Source of the DNA: a virus
DNA length: 52,781 nt
IMG/VR virus record: IMGVR_UViG_3300045988_071817
Coordinates: 1 to 52,781 of that record
Reading direction: 5' to 3' (one strand)
The position numbers were made by a program, and so were the translations under genes. Below are positions 26,029-34,923 of the stretch, one piece after another (positions within the stretch are counted from its first letter, which is position 1; the number at the start of each line of letters is the position of its first letter). The notes below the pieces were generated by a model that had not been told where the DNA came from, did not search any database, and worked only from the letters and a program-made list of their open reading frames with translations.

Positions 26029-26463
26029 TTATTCTCCTTTCATCTCCATATAAGTAATCTTGAACTGCCCTTGATATTTAGCCATACCTGCTTGAGTATC
26101 AACTGTTACGCTTGGAACAGTTTCAAGAACATCTACTTGTTCTATGATAACATTTTCTCCAAAATCTGGAAAATGTTTCTCTTTATTCATTAGCTCAATC
26201 CATTCACTAATCGTTTCAAATTCACGATTGGCTTCAAGATTAATTGAGCTTGTTCCTGTATCATATTCTTTAACTAAATCTAATGCAAATAAAAATTCCA
26301 CTCGGCGACTACCATCAATGAACTTATCTAACTCCCTTTCATTTTGTACACTGTTGAGTGAAAGGTTGTCAGGTTCACTGGTAGTCACATTGAAATATAT
26401 CCACCTGAATCTCGGTGTATATTCTTTTAACCACTCGGAAATCTTCTCATATCTATTAACCAT
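26029..26463 (-). CDS. Tail completion / tail terminator protein
   Basis: Assigned by synteny, immediately upstream of the tube gene. Confidence 0.45.
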   Translation of the reverse strand: MVNRYEKISEWLKEYTPRFRWIYFNVTTSEPDNLSLNSVQNERELDKFIDGSRRVEFLFALDLVKEYDTGTSSINLEANREFETISEWIELMNKEKHFPDFGENVIIEQVDVLETVPSVTVDTQAGMAKYQGQFKITYMEMKGE

Positions 26464-26465
26464 AC

Positions 26466-26846
26466 TTAATATCCATTCTTCTTAATAAAATTAGTCACCT
26501 CAGTCGCAAGTTGACCACCCTTCGCTATTTGCATAGCATTGTTCCATTTGGCTGTAGCCAATGGGTGCTTTTCTTTGTTAAAGTTTAAATTAATTCCTTC
26601 ATATATGTGATGAGCATAAGTAGAATTATATGTTACTTTGAAAGGTTCTACTGTAGTATTATCAACCAACATACCTGTATCCATTGGTACATATGGAGCC
26701 ATTAGCCTTTCAGCTTGTTGTGCCATATATAATCCAATCTTCTCACTCTTACATATCTTATCTAATTTTCTAGGAATCCTAGTAAATTCTAATCTAACTC
26801 CCATATTGCTATACTCCTGCAATCTTGAGTTGAATCTTAACTCCAT
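26466..26846 (-). CDS. Head-tail joining protein (HK97 gp10-like)
   Basis: PYVPMDTGMLVDNT...YAHHIYEG motif typical of gp10-like neck proteins. Confidence 0.5.
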   Translation of the reverse strand: MELRFNSRLQEYSNMGVRLEFTRIPRKLDKICKSEKIGLYMAQQAERLMAPYVPMDTGMLVDNTTVEPFKVTYNSTYAHHIYEGINLNFNKEKHPLATAKWNNAMQIAKGGQLATEVTNFIKKNGY

Positions 26847-27219
26847 ACTTCTGAGGAACTTCTTCTATTGAACGAACTTCACATACATTAGGTTCATATT
26901 TAGTCTTTAGCTTCATTATATTATTAGGAGTGACTTCCTCTTCTAATTCTTTCCCAAGAAAAATATAATCACCTTGACTGATGGTGTATCGGGTATCTTT
27001 CTGAGTACTATCTTTCCAATCTGAATAAGGTAAATACTTACCTGTGAAAGGAATTAAGACTATGAAAGATTGACCAATACTAACTTCAGTTCCGACTACA
27101 TTTGTCACCTTTGTGTTAGCATACTTAATATCCTTGAGTATGGTCTTATACCACACATCAAGTCCTGTAGCCGAATCTTGATGTTTTAGTTTATTTAAAA
27201 TAGTTATTGGACCTTGCAT
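26809..27219 (-). CDS. Head closure / neck protein (136 aa)
   Basis: Assigned by synteny between the connector and the gp10-like gene. Confidence 0.4.
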   Translation of the reverse strand: MQGPITILNKLKHQDSATGLDVWYKTILKDIKYANTKVTNVVGTEVSIGQSFIVLIPFTGKYLPYSDWKDSTQKDTRYTISQGDYIFLGKELEEEVTPNNIMKLKTKYEPNVCEVRSIEEVPQKYGVKIQLKIAGV

Positions 27220-27571
27220 CTTTCCATCCTCGCTTTCCTCTGTACATCAATTCAGGTGGAAGATATAGTCTGCATAAGCTATATATCTTTGATTCTGTAG
27301 GTTTTTCACCAATTTCAGATGTATTATAGCTTATACTTTCAATACCATCAGAATAACTTGATATAGAAGCATTTGCTTCATTATTCTCCTGCAAGACTTC
27401 TATACATTTCACTATTAAACGCTTGATACTAGGGGTAAAATGTGTATTATTAATCTTGCTCATTGTAATTTTATCAAGGTAAATTTCACAATCTAATAAT
27501 AAAGTAGGGAAGCTATCAATATCAACCTTACCACCAAGACTTACATATTCTTCATATGATAAATGTTCCAT
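27191..27571 (-). CDS. Head-tail connector (adaptor) protein (126 aa)
   Basis: First neck gene after the capsid gene. Confidence 0.4.
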   Translation of the reverse strand: MEHLSYEEYVSLGGKVDIDSFPTLLLDCEIYLDKITMSKINNTHFTPSIKRLIVKCIEVLQENNEANASISSYSDGIESISYNTSEIGEKPTESKIYSLCRLYLPPELMYRGKRGWKDARSNNYFK

Positions 27572-27591
27572 AATAACCTCCCTTTAGCTAA

Positions 27592-27744
27592 TTAGGCTTC
27601 CTCATCACTCTGGGAGGACACAGAATTTTTAGGTGCCTTTGTAGCTTTTTTCTTAATCTCTTCTCCTCCATATTTAAGGAATTGTTCTATTACATCGGGA
27701 TTGTCAGTTTCAACAATTCCGCCTCTCTGTAATCTAATTTTCAT
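27592..27744 (-). CDS. Small ORF (50 aa) between the capsid and connector genes
   Basis: Sequence MKIRLQRGGIVETDNPDVIEQFLKYGGEEIKKKATKAPKNSVSSQSDEEA. It fills an otherwise empty 190-nt gap and has an AGGT-type RBS. Confidence 0.45.
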   Translation of the reverse strand: MKIRLQRGGIVETDNPDVIEQFLKYGGEEIKKKATKAPKNSVSSQSDEEA

Positions 27745-27764
27745 CTTATTACCTCACACTAATA

Positions 27765-28646
27765 CTAGCTTGCTGTTACTTCTGTATTATACACAAGAAT
27801 TGTTTCTGGTGTGACCGCTTTAGTTCCATAGTAGAAGAATAATTCGATTGCATATGCTTCTGACATTGGAATTTTTTCAGCTGCATAAGGTGTGCTTCGT
27901 ACTGGCTGTGCCACTGAACCGTCTACCTGAAGGATAAATCTAGTAGTAGTAGTCTTCTTACCCTCAACTGCGATAGGAAGTCTAACTGAACTATAGCATC
28001 TAACGCCGTGGAATGTGAAGAACTCTTCGTTAGTCGTATCAACATTAGTATTATGTACTGTATCCAGATAAGCTCTCATCTGTGAGTAAGTTTCAGCATC
28101 AAATGTAATTGACATAAGACTTCTATCAATTCCATCAATATAGTCTGTCTTTAATGTTTCAAGTGCTACGATAGCCTCTTCAACTATATCCTGAATAGCT
28201 GTTTTAGTTGGGGTGAATTTAGTTCCTGAAGTAGCTGCTACTTCAAAGAACTTTGAGTCTAATTCAGCAGCCATTCTCATCGCGTGATTAGCTGAACGTT
28301 TAGCGATAAGTCCGTCTACACCTAAAAGTGAAACGTCTTTCTGTTCAATTTCTTCTACAAATTCTCTATCTGTGTCGATAGGGATTGTAACATTCTTACC
28401 TTTTACATAATTACCTTTTCCAGCTATTCTGGCTGAACCATATGCCTTTGATGTGGCATTTGCAAACCTTTTAGCTTCAACTGTACCTGCTGTAGGGTCA
28501 CCAGATAAGTCTGTATTCTTCAATTTACCTGAAATAGTAGCTTTCTGAACATTTGCAAGTACACCATCATAGGCTTCAGCTAAAAGCATCTTTCCTGATG
28601 GGTCTAATAATACATTTAATGATGTAATTCTTGTTGTTTCTGCCAT
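27765..28646 (-). CDS. Major capsid protein
   Basis: 293 aa following the scaffold gene. Strong RBS. Confidence 0.8.
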   Translation of the reverse strand: MAETTRITSLNVLLDPSGKMLLAEAYDGVLANVQKATISGKLKNTDLSGDPTAGTVEAKRFANATSKAYGSARIAGKGNYVKGKNVTIPIDTDREFVEEIEQKDVSLLGVDGLIAKRSANHAMRMAAELDSKFFEVAATSGTKFTPTKTAIQDIVEEAIVALETLKTDYIDGIDRSLMSITFDAETYSQMRAYLDTVHNTNVDTTNEEFFTFHGVRCYSSVRLPIAVEGKKTTTTRFILQVDGSVAQPVRSTPYAAEKIPMSEAYAIELFFYYGTKAVTPETILVYNTEVTAS

Positions 28647-28670
28647 TTCTTAATCTCCTTTTTTAAAATC

Positions 28671-29315
28671 TTACCAAATTAATGGACGTTCTTTAGGTTT
28701 TTCAATTCCATCGCCTTTCTTCTGGTCTGGGTCTTCTTTATTAGACGGACCTGAAAATGACGGCTTTGGCTTTGGGTCACCTTTGTCATCCTTAACTACG
28801 AATGCTCCAGCATCTTTTTCTTTATATGTATTAACATAATCATCAAATCCAAGGAGTGTATCTCCATCCATTTTCAATTCCTGTGCTAATACATCAGTTA
28901 TGAATTTTTCTTTAGCAGCGTTGGAAGTAAACTGTATACCACCTACTTTCTGCTTTACTGCGAATTCATACTGTTGTTTCTTGAGCTGAGCTGCCCAATC
29001 TTTCTTGTCATCACCGTATTTAGTCTTTAGTGTTTCGAGCTCACCACGGACAGTTTCTAATTCCTCCGAATTATCACCTGCATCCTTGAGTTTCTTCTGC
29101 AAATCAGCTAAATCCTTATCACGTTGAGCAATGTCCGTATCATATTTAGTATGATAGTTGTCACGCTCTGATTCCGTTTTTTCTAGCTTATCCTGTAGAG
29201 ACTGCACTTCTGCTATTGTCTTATAATTTTCCAAGACTAACTTGTCAAATTCCTCTTTTTTGTCTTCTGGAATTGTGATACCAAATTTCTCTAAGATACT
29301 GTAAATATTCTTCAT
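28671..29315 (-). CDS. Scaffolding protein (phage GP20-like)
   Basis: N-terminus MKNIYSILEKFGITIPEDKKEEFDKLV, coiled-coil and acidic. Lies upstream of the MCP. Confidence 0.7.
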   Translation of the reverse strand: MKNIYSILEKFGITIPEDKKEEFDKLVLENYKTIAEVQSLQDKLEKTESERDNYHTKYDTDIAQRDKDLADLQKKLKDAGDNSEELETVRGELETLKTKYGDDKKDWAAQLKKQQYEFAVKQKVGGIQFTSNAAKEKFITDVLAQELKMDGDTLLGFDDYVNTYKEKDAGAFVVKDDKGDPKPKPSFSGPSNKEDPDQKKGDGIEKPKERPLIW

Positions 29316-29380
29316 TTTAATTTCCTCCTAAAATATCTTTTATAGCGAATTTTCTTCGCTCTGGATTCCTTATAATTTGT

Positions 29381-29409
29381 ATTATACTAAAGTTATTAAC
29401 ATTTGTAAA
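29381..29409 (-). promoter_or_regulatory. Near-consensus promoter TTTACA-N17-TATAAT for the scaffold/capsid genes, with a GTTAATAAC site in its spacer
   Basis: Minus strand reads TTTACAaatgttaataactttagTATAAT. Confidence 0.6.
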
Positions 29410-29525
29410 TAGTAATTGTTAATAACTTTGTTAATATTGTTAATAAGTTATTAATAAAAATAATAATGTTAATAACTCTAGTTGTTTGAGCTAAAGTTAT
29501 TAACATTATTAACATAGTTATTAAC
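29392..29525. repeat. Array of nine GTTATTAAC / GTTAATAAC sites (both orientations)
   Basis: Copies start at 29392, 29418, 29430 (degenerate), 29439, 29447, 29468, 29496, 29505 (degenerate) and 29517. Confidence 0.85.
29451..29511 (-). terminator. 17-bp perfect AT-rich hairpin plus T5 (terminator-like) after the MuF-like gene
   Basis: 29461-29477 is the reverse complement of 29495-29511, with a 17-nt loop. The minus strand continues TTTTTATTAA. Confidence 0.45.
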
Positions 29526-29558
29526 ATTTTTTATTATTGGTGCTTCTGAGTCTTCTTT

Positions 29559-30662
29559 TTAGTATCCTGGTACTGACATTCTATTAGGTCTAGGTTGAAG
29601 TGAGGCTGCATCTGCTATAGCCTTATACTGTTCTTTATTTTTCTTTATTTTTGCCTTTCCTTTTCTGACTAAAATATCGTCACCACTTGCCTGCCCAGCT
29701 ATTACAGAGTCTTTGGCGTATCTAATATTAGTTTCCAATTTTCGCATTAGCTGTGAGGCTTCATATCGACTAACTTCTTTTCCATTGGGTAGCTGTATAC
29801 GTTCATTGGAATAGTCGAGCATATCTTTTAGTTCTTTTTCCGAATATGCTGGTTGGGATATGCCTAACACTATAGGATATGCAGTATGTTGGCAGTTCAA
29901 TGTTCCTATAGGTCTTGCTAAAGATGTCTGTAATTTAGCAAATTCTTTCTTACTAAATTGCTTCCCTTGAATTGGTTGATGGTCTTCTGCACAGAGTCCG
30001 TGAGCAGAAATTTCATACCCATCTGCTCCGAACTGTTCACCTGCTATCTGTCTTATTCCAAGGTTCACTTGTCTAACTCCACTTAATATATTCATCCTAG
30101 CAGCACTATCAAGTCTTCTTGTATATCCACTCGCATATTTAACACGCATTCCGTCTGTAGCTGCCTTGATTAAAGTCTTTCTTATAGCTGATTGATAATT
30201 CTCCATTCCAGAGGAAACTGCATACACACCTCTATCAACGACTTTCCTATAATTCTCGGATATTGCTGTTGTTCGAGATAAATTCTCGAAGGTTCCATAG
30301 GTGAGAGAATCTACTGACTGAATATACTCTTGTATTCGTCTATTCTGTTCGAATGGAACTTGCTTAACACCTTTAGCGGAATAGAACACATCCATATCAT
30401 CATACACGGATAAGCCACTTTCTTTGTACAACTTATCAAGTTGTAATACAGTCAAATTACACTGCTGTCTTAACTTCTTATTGATACGGGCTATATTAGC
30501 ATCCATCTTATTCATCTGTTCCAACCTATGCATATCTGTAGCAGATAATCTTCCCATATCCTTGACGTGCTTAGCCATTAATTCAATGTATTCGTCATTT
30601 ATTTCCTCGAATGCTTGAGCCATCTTATATGCTATTTGGTTCATTCTCGTACTGCTTATCAT
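29559..30662 (-). CDS. Minor head protein (SPP1 gp7 / Mu F-like)
   Basis: 367 aa directly after the portal. Size and position are typical of head-morphogenesis proteins. Confidence 0.7.
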   Translation of the reverse strand: MISSTRMNQIAYKMAQAFEEINDEYIELMAKHVKDMGRLSATDMHRLEQMNKMDANIARINKKLRQQCNLTVLQLDKLYKESGLSVYDDMDVFYSAKGVKQVPFEQNRRIQEYIQSVDSLTYGTFENLSRTTAISENYRKVVDRGVYAVSSGMENYQSAIRKTLIKAATDGMRVKYASGYTRRLDSAARMNILSGVRQVNLGIRQIAGEQFGADGYEISAHGLCAEDHQPIQGKQFSKKEFAKLQTSLARPIGTLNCQHTAYPIVLGISQPAYSEKELKDMLDYSNERIQLPNGKEVSRYEASQLMRKLETNIRYAKDSVIAGQASGDDILVRKGKAKIKKNKEQYKAIADAASLQPRPNRMSVPGY

Positions 30663-30671
30663 ATATTACCT

Positions 30672-32240
30672 CTACTCTTCCTCACCAGCTCCTGGTTCAT
30701 CCCCATTAGGTTCCAATGGGTTTTCGGGCTTTTGGCTAAATAAGTCATTCATCATCTTGTTAGAGCTTGAATCCTCAATCTCCTCAATCATATCCTTAGC
30801 TGTTTCTTCATCTTCACCTGTATACCAAGCACGGACTTCATATTTAGCTAATATATTAGCATCCAATAATTGAACTTTTTGGCTCAACTCTGTGTCTGTG
30901 TCAGTTAAAATACTATCTTTCCAATCTGTAGTAGTCGTATATATTCCATCTGGAGCTAACTCATATAAGGTAGTTAACACATCCATAGCATACACGGCAT
31001 CATTCAGAGCCTGCTCAAGTGCTTCTTGATTCCTCCGAATAGTAATATAAGCCCTCTGTTTAAGTATCTTCATTTCTGTAGCTGTTCGAGCCTCTGATTC
31101 TACTTCGGATAAAGCTCCTCTCGATAATCCCACTAAATCTTCAACACGCATTAAGTATCTATTTAATCCTGATAAATAGCTGGCGTCACGGAGTGAAGGT
31201 GTAAATGCCTTGTATGTATCATCGTCTCCTAAATCTAAGGTACGATATAGTCTATCTCTAACCTTATCCATCTGAGGAACACTTCCATAATAGCCTTGAC
31301 TAAAGTGTACTGCGTCTGCATCTACATCAATAGCCATTTGACCTCCATCATATTCCCAATCAAGTCGGCTAAACTGTTCGTCTGCTCTGTGTATCAACTT
31401 AATAGCAGGGCTAAATATGGATATTCCTAAAGGACTATCTAAATCTATATTATTAGCTAAAGGCACTCTATAGAATCCGAATAGTGGCTTTTCTACGTTT
31501 TCGATAATGACTGGTTCTTCTGATATATTAGCCCATTTATTAATTGATGCTAATGGAATTTCAATTCCTAAATCGTCATCCTGTGATTCTTCATCTTCTA
31601 CATTCTTTATTTTTGCTTTAAACGCTTTATTCTCGATTACAACCCTTCTAGTAGGTATATCAAATGTCTGTCTTTCAATCTTCGTATATCTATATTCACC
31701 AGATGTGAATTGGTCGAAGAATGCTATGTCTGTGATATTATCATCATCGTCAAATACTATAGGTACGAAATCGCCTTGCCTACAGAAATCAAAACATATC
31801 TGATTATTAACAACATATGGCTTGATTATAAATCCACCTACTGCCATTCCCTGCTCTAATTTAGATGGTAATTTAGTTAATAATCTTCTCTGATATTGGC
31901 TATTCAGGAAGGTAGCTCTTGTGTTGATGTTTTCCTCTGCTGTAGAATCATCAGTTGGTACAGATTTTCCAGGTTCAGAAATAGTGCTTTTCATTTCAGA
32001 AAGAACTTGTTGTTGTAGGGATTGACATATTTCTTTTCCCAGTCCTAAACTATATACACCAGTTTCTTCATCCAACCACGGTGATTCATCCTTATATACA
32101 TCTTTCCAAGTATTAATAGCATTCCGCATATCTTCACTGATGCTATATATCTGTACGTCATTAATCGTATCAGATACGGACTTATATCCTACCATTTTTT
32201 TCAGTGCTTCCTTGAGCCATTCAATTAACTTACTAAACAT
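30672..32240 (-). CDS. Portal protein (SPP1 gp6-like)
   Basis: 522 aa with an acidic C-terminus. Lies downstream of the terminase. Confidence 0.8.
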   Translation of the reverse strand: MFSKLIEWLKEALKKMVGYKSVSDTINDVQIYSISEDMRNAINTWKDVYKDESPWLDEETGVYSLGLGKEICQSLQQQVLSEMKSTISEPGKSVPTDDSTAEENINTRATFLNSQYQRRLLTKLPSKLEQGMAVGGFIIKPYVVNNQICFDFCRQGDFVPIVFDDDDNITDIAFFDQFTSGEYRYTKIERQTFDIPTRRVVIENKAFKAKIKNVEDEESQDDDLGIEIPLASINKWANISEEPVIIENVEKPLFGFYRVPLANNIDLDSPLGISIFSPAIKLIHRADEQFSRLDWEYDGGQMAIDVDADAVHFSQGYYGSVPQMDKVRDRLYRTLDLGDDDTYKAFTPSLRDASYLSGLNRYLMRVEDLVGLSRGALSEVESEARTATEMKILKQRAYITIRRNQEALEQALNDAVYAMDVLTTLYELAPDGIYTTTTDWKDSILTDTDTELSQKVQLLDANILAKYEVRAWYTGEDEETAKDMIEEIEDSSSNKMMNDLFSQKPENPLEPNGDEPGAGEEE

Positions 32241-32253
32241 CTTTATTCTCCTT

Positions 32254-32580
32254 TTATTCTAATATATTTAATTCCTTATACACTGCTAAGAGCTTAGGGA
32301 ATTGAATTGCTACCCAATCGACCATAGTCTCCTCGTGACCCCACATTGTCGAATGTTCAAAATTACATTGTAATCCACTTTCAGCTAGAAAAGCGTGTAT
32401 AATTTCGTGTCGTAATTGTTTATTCTGCATTCGCTTGAAGTCACCCACATTATTATAATTATCCGCTCTGATTATAATTGTCTTCGATGTGTAATCGCAG
32501 TAACCATCATAATCAGCATCCTTTAGATTCTTATATTTAATCTTATATAATGTTCCTAATATTAATATTCTTTTCTTCAT
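32254..32580 (-). CDS. Small HExxH protein (putative Zn-metallopeptidase), 108 aa
   Basis: Start set at MKKRILILG. HEIIHAF motif. Inserted between TerL and the portal. Confidence 0.45.
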   Translation of the reverse strand: MKKRILILGTLYKIKYKNLKDADYDGYCDYTSKTIIIRADNYNNVGDFKRMQNKQLRHEIIHAFLAESGLQCNFEHSTMWGHEETMVDWVAIQFPKLLAVYKELNILE

Positions 32581-32584
32581 TATA

Positions 32585-33856
32585 CTATCTTCCTTTCCTT
32601 TTCCAAACTCTTTCCATCGCATATCTAGTCATATCAATACTATGATTATCCATATCAGGAAAGCTACTTAATGGTTCACCATCTTTAGTCAACTCATATT
32701 CGTATCTAACGAATTCATCTTTGGTGTATGGACACCTAATAGGGTCAATGACTATCTCAACTAAAGATTGTAACCACTTAATTCCATATCTAACGCTATC
32801 TGGACCTTTTTCTGCATTTCTAGCATTTAATCCATAGCTTCTATAATCCGCTGTTGACTTTTTCTCTGCACTATCACACGTAATAATGTCGTGGGCTCTT
32901 ATTCCCTTATTCTCAACTAAATATTGAGCTGTGTCTTTATTAGTAGTCTTATTAGTTCTATATTCATCAAAGATATATAGCTTTCTCCTATTAGCATCAT
33001 AATGCATTTTACCCCAATGATAAGGGTCAGGATACCAACCCCAGTCAATACCCATATAGATATGGTCAAATGAAGCTATTTCCTCATCTGTAATAGGTCT
33101 TATATTAAGATTATCGAATACATTATTGCCTGTTCCTACTGGTTTACCTAGATATTCGTGTTCATATGCTTTAGGATTTATTTGCTTTAGCCATTCGGCA
33201 TCATCTATGAACTGTTGTCCTAACCATTCTTTCGGTGCATCAAGATATGTAGTCTCACTTACATAAGTATCAGGTCTCAACTTCTCTTCTTCTATATAAG
33301 CATTCGCCCAGTTTGTCTTACTTCTAGGGGGGTTCATAGATTTAAATACTACGAACTTAGGTCCACCTCTTAATACTGACTGTTGAACTGTTCTCAATTC
33401 TTGTGCTCCGTTGAACTCGTCTAATTCTTCGAACCAAAGATACTTGAAGTAACCGAACTGTGTCTTTACGGACTTTGATTTTTTTGCCTTGTCCAATCCC
33501 TTAAATATAATCTTCTGTCCTGTAGGCTTATATATACATCTATATGGTGATTTAACACAGTGCCACAATTCACTAACTCCTAACTTGTCTATAGCCCAAC
33601 ATATCTGTTCATATACAGAATCTCCAATAGTGTCTGCTACCTTTCTATACACAAGAGCATTTGCATCTTTATCTTGCATTATACCCATCACAATCTCAAT
33701 ACTAATATCGGAAGACTTCAGGCTACCTCTTCCCCCTATACAATCATAGTAAGTATGATTTCCTTCTATAATATCCCAATGCATATTATAGAAAGCTGGA
33801 CCTATACATTCAGTTAATGGGATAGTTAATTCTGCTGTTGGTTTAATTGGAAACAT
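32585..33856 (-). CDS. terL: Terminase large subunit (PBSX/Terminase_3-like)
   Basis: Walker A GGRGSLKS and Walker B LWFEELDE. C-terminal nuclease aspartates (GIDWGW, CDSAE). Confidence 0.9.
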   Translation of the reverse strand: MFPIKPTAELTIPLTECIGPAFYNMHWDIIEGNHTYYDCIGGRGSLKSSDISIEIVMGIMQDKDANALVYRKVADTIGDSVYEQICWAIDKLGVSELWHCVKSPYRCIYKPTGQKIIFKGLDKAKKSKSVKTQFGYFKYLWFEELDEFNGAQELRTVQQSVLRGGPKFVVFKSMNPPRSKTNWANAYIEEEKLRPDTYVSETTYLDAPKEWLGQQFIDDAEWLKQINPKAYEHEYLGKPVGTGNNVFDNLNIRPITDEEIASFDHIYMGIDWGWYPDPYHWGKMHYDANRRKLYIFDEYRTNKTTNKDTAQYLVENKGIRAHDIITCDSAEKKSTADYRSYGLNARNAEKGPDSVRYGIKWLQSLVEIVIDPIRCPYTKDEFVRYEYELTKDGEPLSSFPDMDNHSIDMTRYAMERVWKRKGR

Positions 33857-33858
33857 AT

Positions 33859-34278
33859 CTACGCCTCCTTTGTACGTGGAATATCGTCCACAATTTTAAC
33901 AGGAATTACAGCAGGCTTTGTATCTACTAATCTACGAGCTAATTCACTAGCAGCCTTTGTTCTATCCGATAATGATGGTTCTAAATCGAACTGGTCCTGT
34001 ACTTCACCTCGCATTACGGAAGTTAAATACTCTAATACTTCATTCGCTGTGGCTACCTTTTCTTCATCAAGCTCTGCCATACGTTCTGCGATGTAATTTT
34101 GCCCTTTTATACTTTTTAACATTCGACAACCTTGTTGTCCAGCTGTTTTCTCACTATAACCTGCATCTATAGCTGATTGTGTAATGTTATTAGTAGCTAG
34201 ATAATTTTCAAAGAATTCAAATTGTTTTTGATTTAGATAATCTGGCTTTAATCTCTTTCTTCTAATTGTTTTTGGCAT
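33859..34278 (-). CDS. terS: Terminase small subunit
   Basis: LNQKQFEFFENYLATNNITQSAIDAGYSEKTAGQQGCRMLK is a classic Terminase_2 HTH. Confidence 0.8.
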   Translation of the reverse strand: MPKTIRRKRLKPDYLNQKQFEFFENYLATNNITQSAIDAGYSEKTAGQQGCRMLKSIKGQNYIAERMAELDEEKVATANEVLEYLTSVMRGEVQDQFDLEPSLSDRTKAASELARRLVDTKPAVIPVKIVDDIPRTKEA

Positions 34279-34565
34279 TTATATAATTCCTCCATTCTTT
34301 GTTCTATTATTGTATCAATTCTTCTGCTTTGAATCTCTTGTTTACTAAGGGTTTTTACTATATTCAGTAGGTTTACTAAATATCTTATTATTCTTATTGT
34401 ACTATATGAACTATATACTATTTTATAATTTCTTTTTAGTATATATCCTTTTATATATCTTCCCCTGTCTCCCGAATAAAATTGGGTCGTATTTATACTT
34501 ATGATATAACCTTTTTGTTTTAGTGCTAATTGTAATTTATATATCAATGCTTGTTGATTTGCCAT
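34248..34565 (-). CDS. Hypothetical protein (105 aa), first late gene
   Basis: RBS aaggagataatgttATG, directly after the late promoter. Confidence 0.7.
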   Translation of the reverse strand: MANQQALIYKLQLALKQKGYIISINTTQFYSGDRGRYIKGYILKRNYKIVYSSYSTIRIIRYLVNLLNIVKTLSKQEIQSRRIDTIIEQRMEELYKCQKQLEERD

Positions 34566-34593
34566 AACATTATCTCCTTATTAACTATATAAA

Positions 34594-34622
34594 AATATAA
34601 CAAAAAAAGCATAAAATGTAAA
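34594..34622 (-). promoter_or_regulatory. Promoter TTTACA-N17-TATATT at the head of the packaging/structural operon
   Basis: Minus strand reads TTTACAttttatgctttttttgtTATATT, immediately after terminator 34621-34659. Confidence 0.5.
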
Positions 34623-34659
34623 TAAAAAAGAGTACAAACCTGTATAAGATTTGTACTCT
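34621..34659 (-). terminator. Intrinsic terminator closing the early/middle region
   Basis: 10-bp stem AGAGTACAAA/TTTGTACTCT with an 11-nt loop, then TTTTTATT on the minus strand. Confidence 0.75.
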
Positions 34660-34675
34660 AATTGTTAAGTAGTTG

Positions 34676-34906
34676 TTAATATATTAATTTATAATTATTG
34701 GGTTCTATCTTCGCCTCTAATTCGCGAATTTGTGTTCTCAACTCTTCCATATGTGCTATCTGTTCCGCATAGTCTTCTATGGTTGCAACGCCTGTCGCTA
34801 TTTTTGTTCCGATATAATCATAACTTTTAATCTTTAAATATAAACTCTCTAATTTATGCAATATTTCTTGTCGCTCTTCCCAAGTCATATTAATATCATT
34901 ATTCAT
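34676..34906 (-). CDS. Hypothetical coiled-coil protein (76 aa)
   Basis: RBS aggaggagaataagATG. Confidence 0.7.
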   Translation of the reverse strand: MNNDINMTWEERQEILHKLESLYLKIKSYDYIGTKIATGVATIEDYAEQIAHMEELRTQIRELEAKIEPNNYKLIY

Positions 34907-34923
34907 CTTATTCTCCTCCTTTC

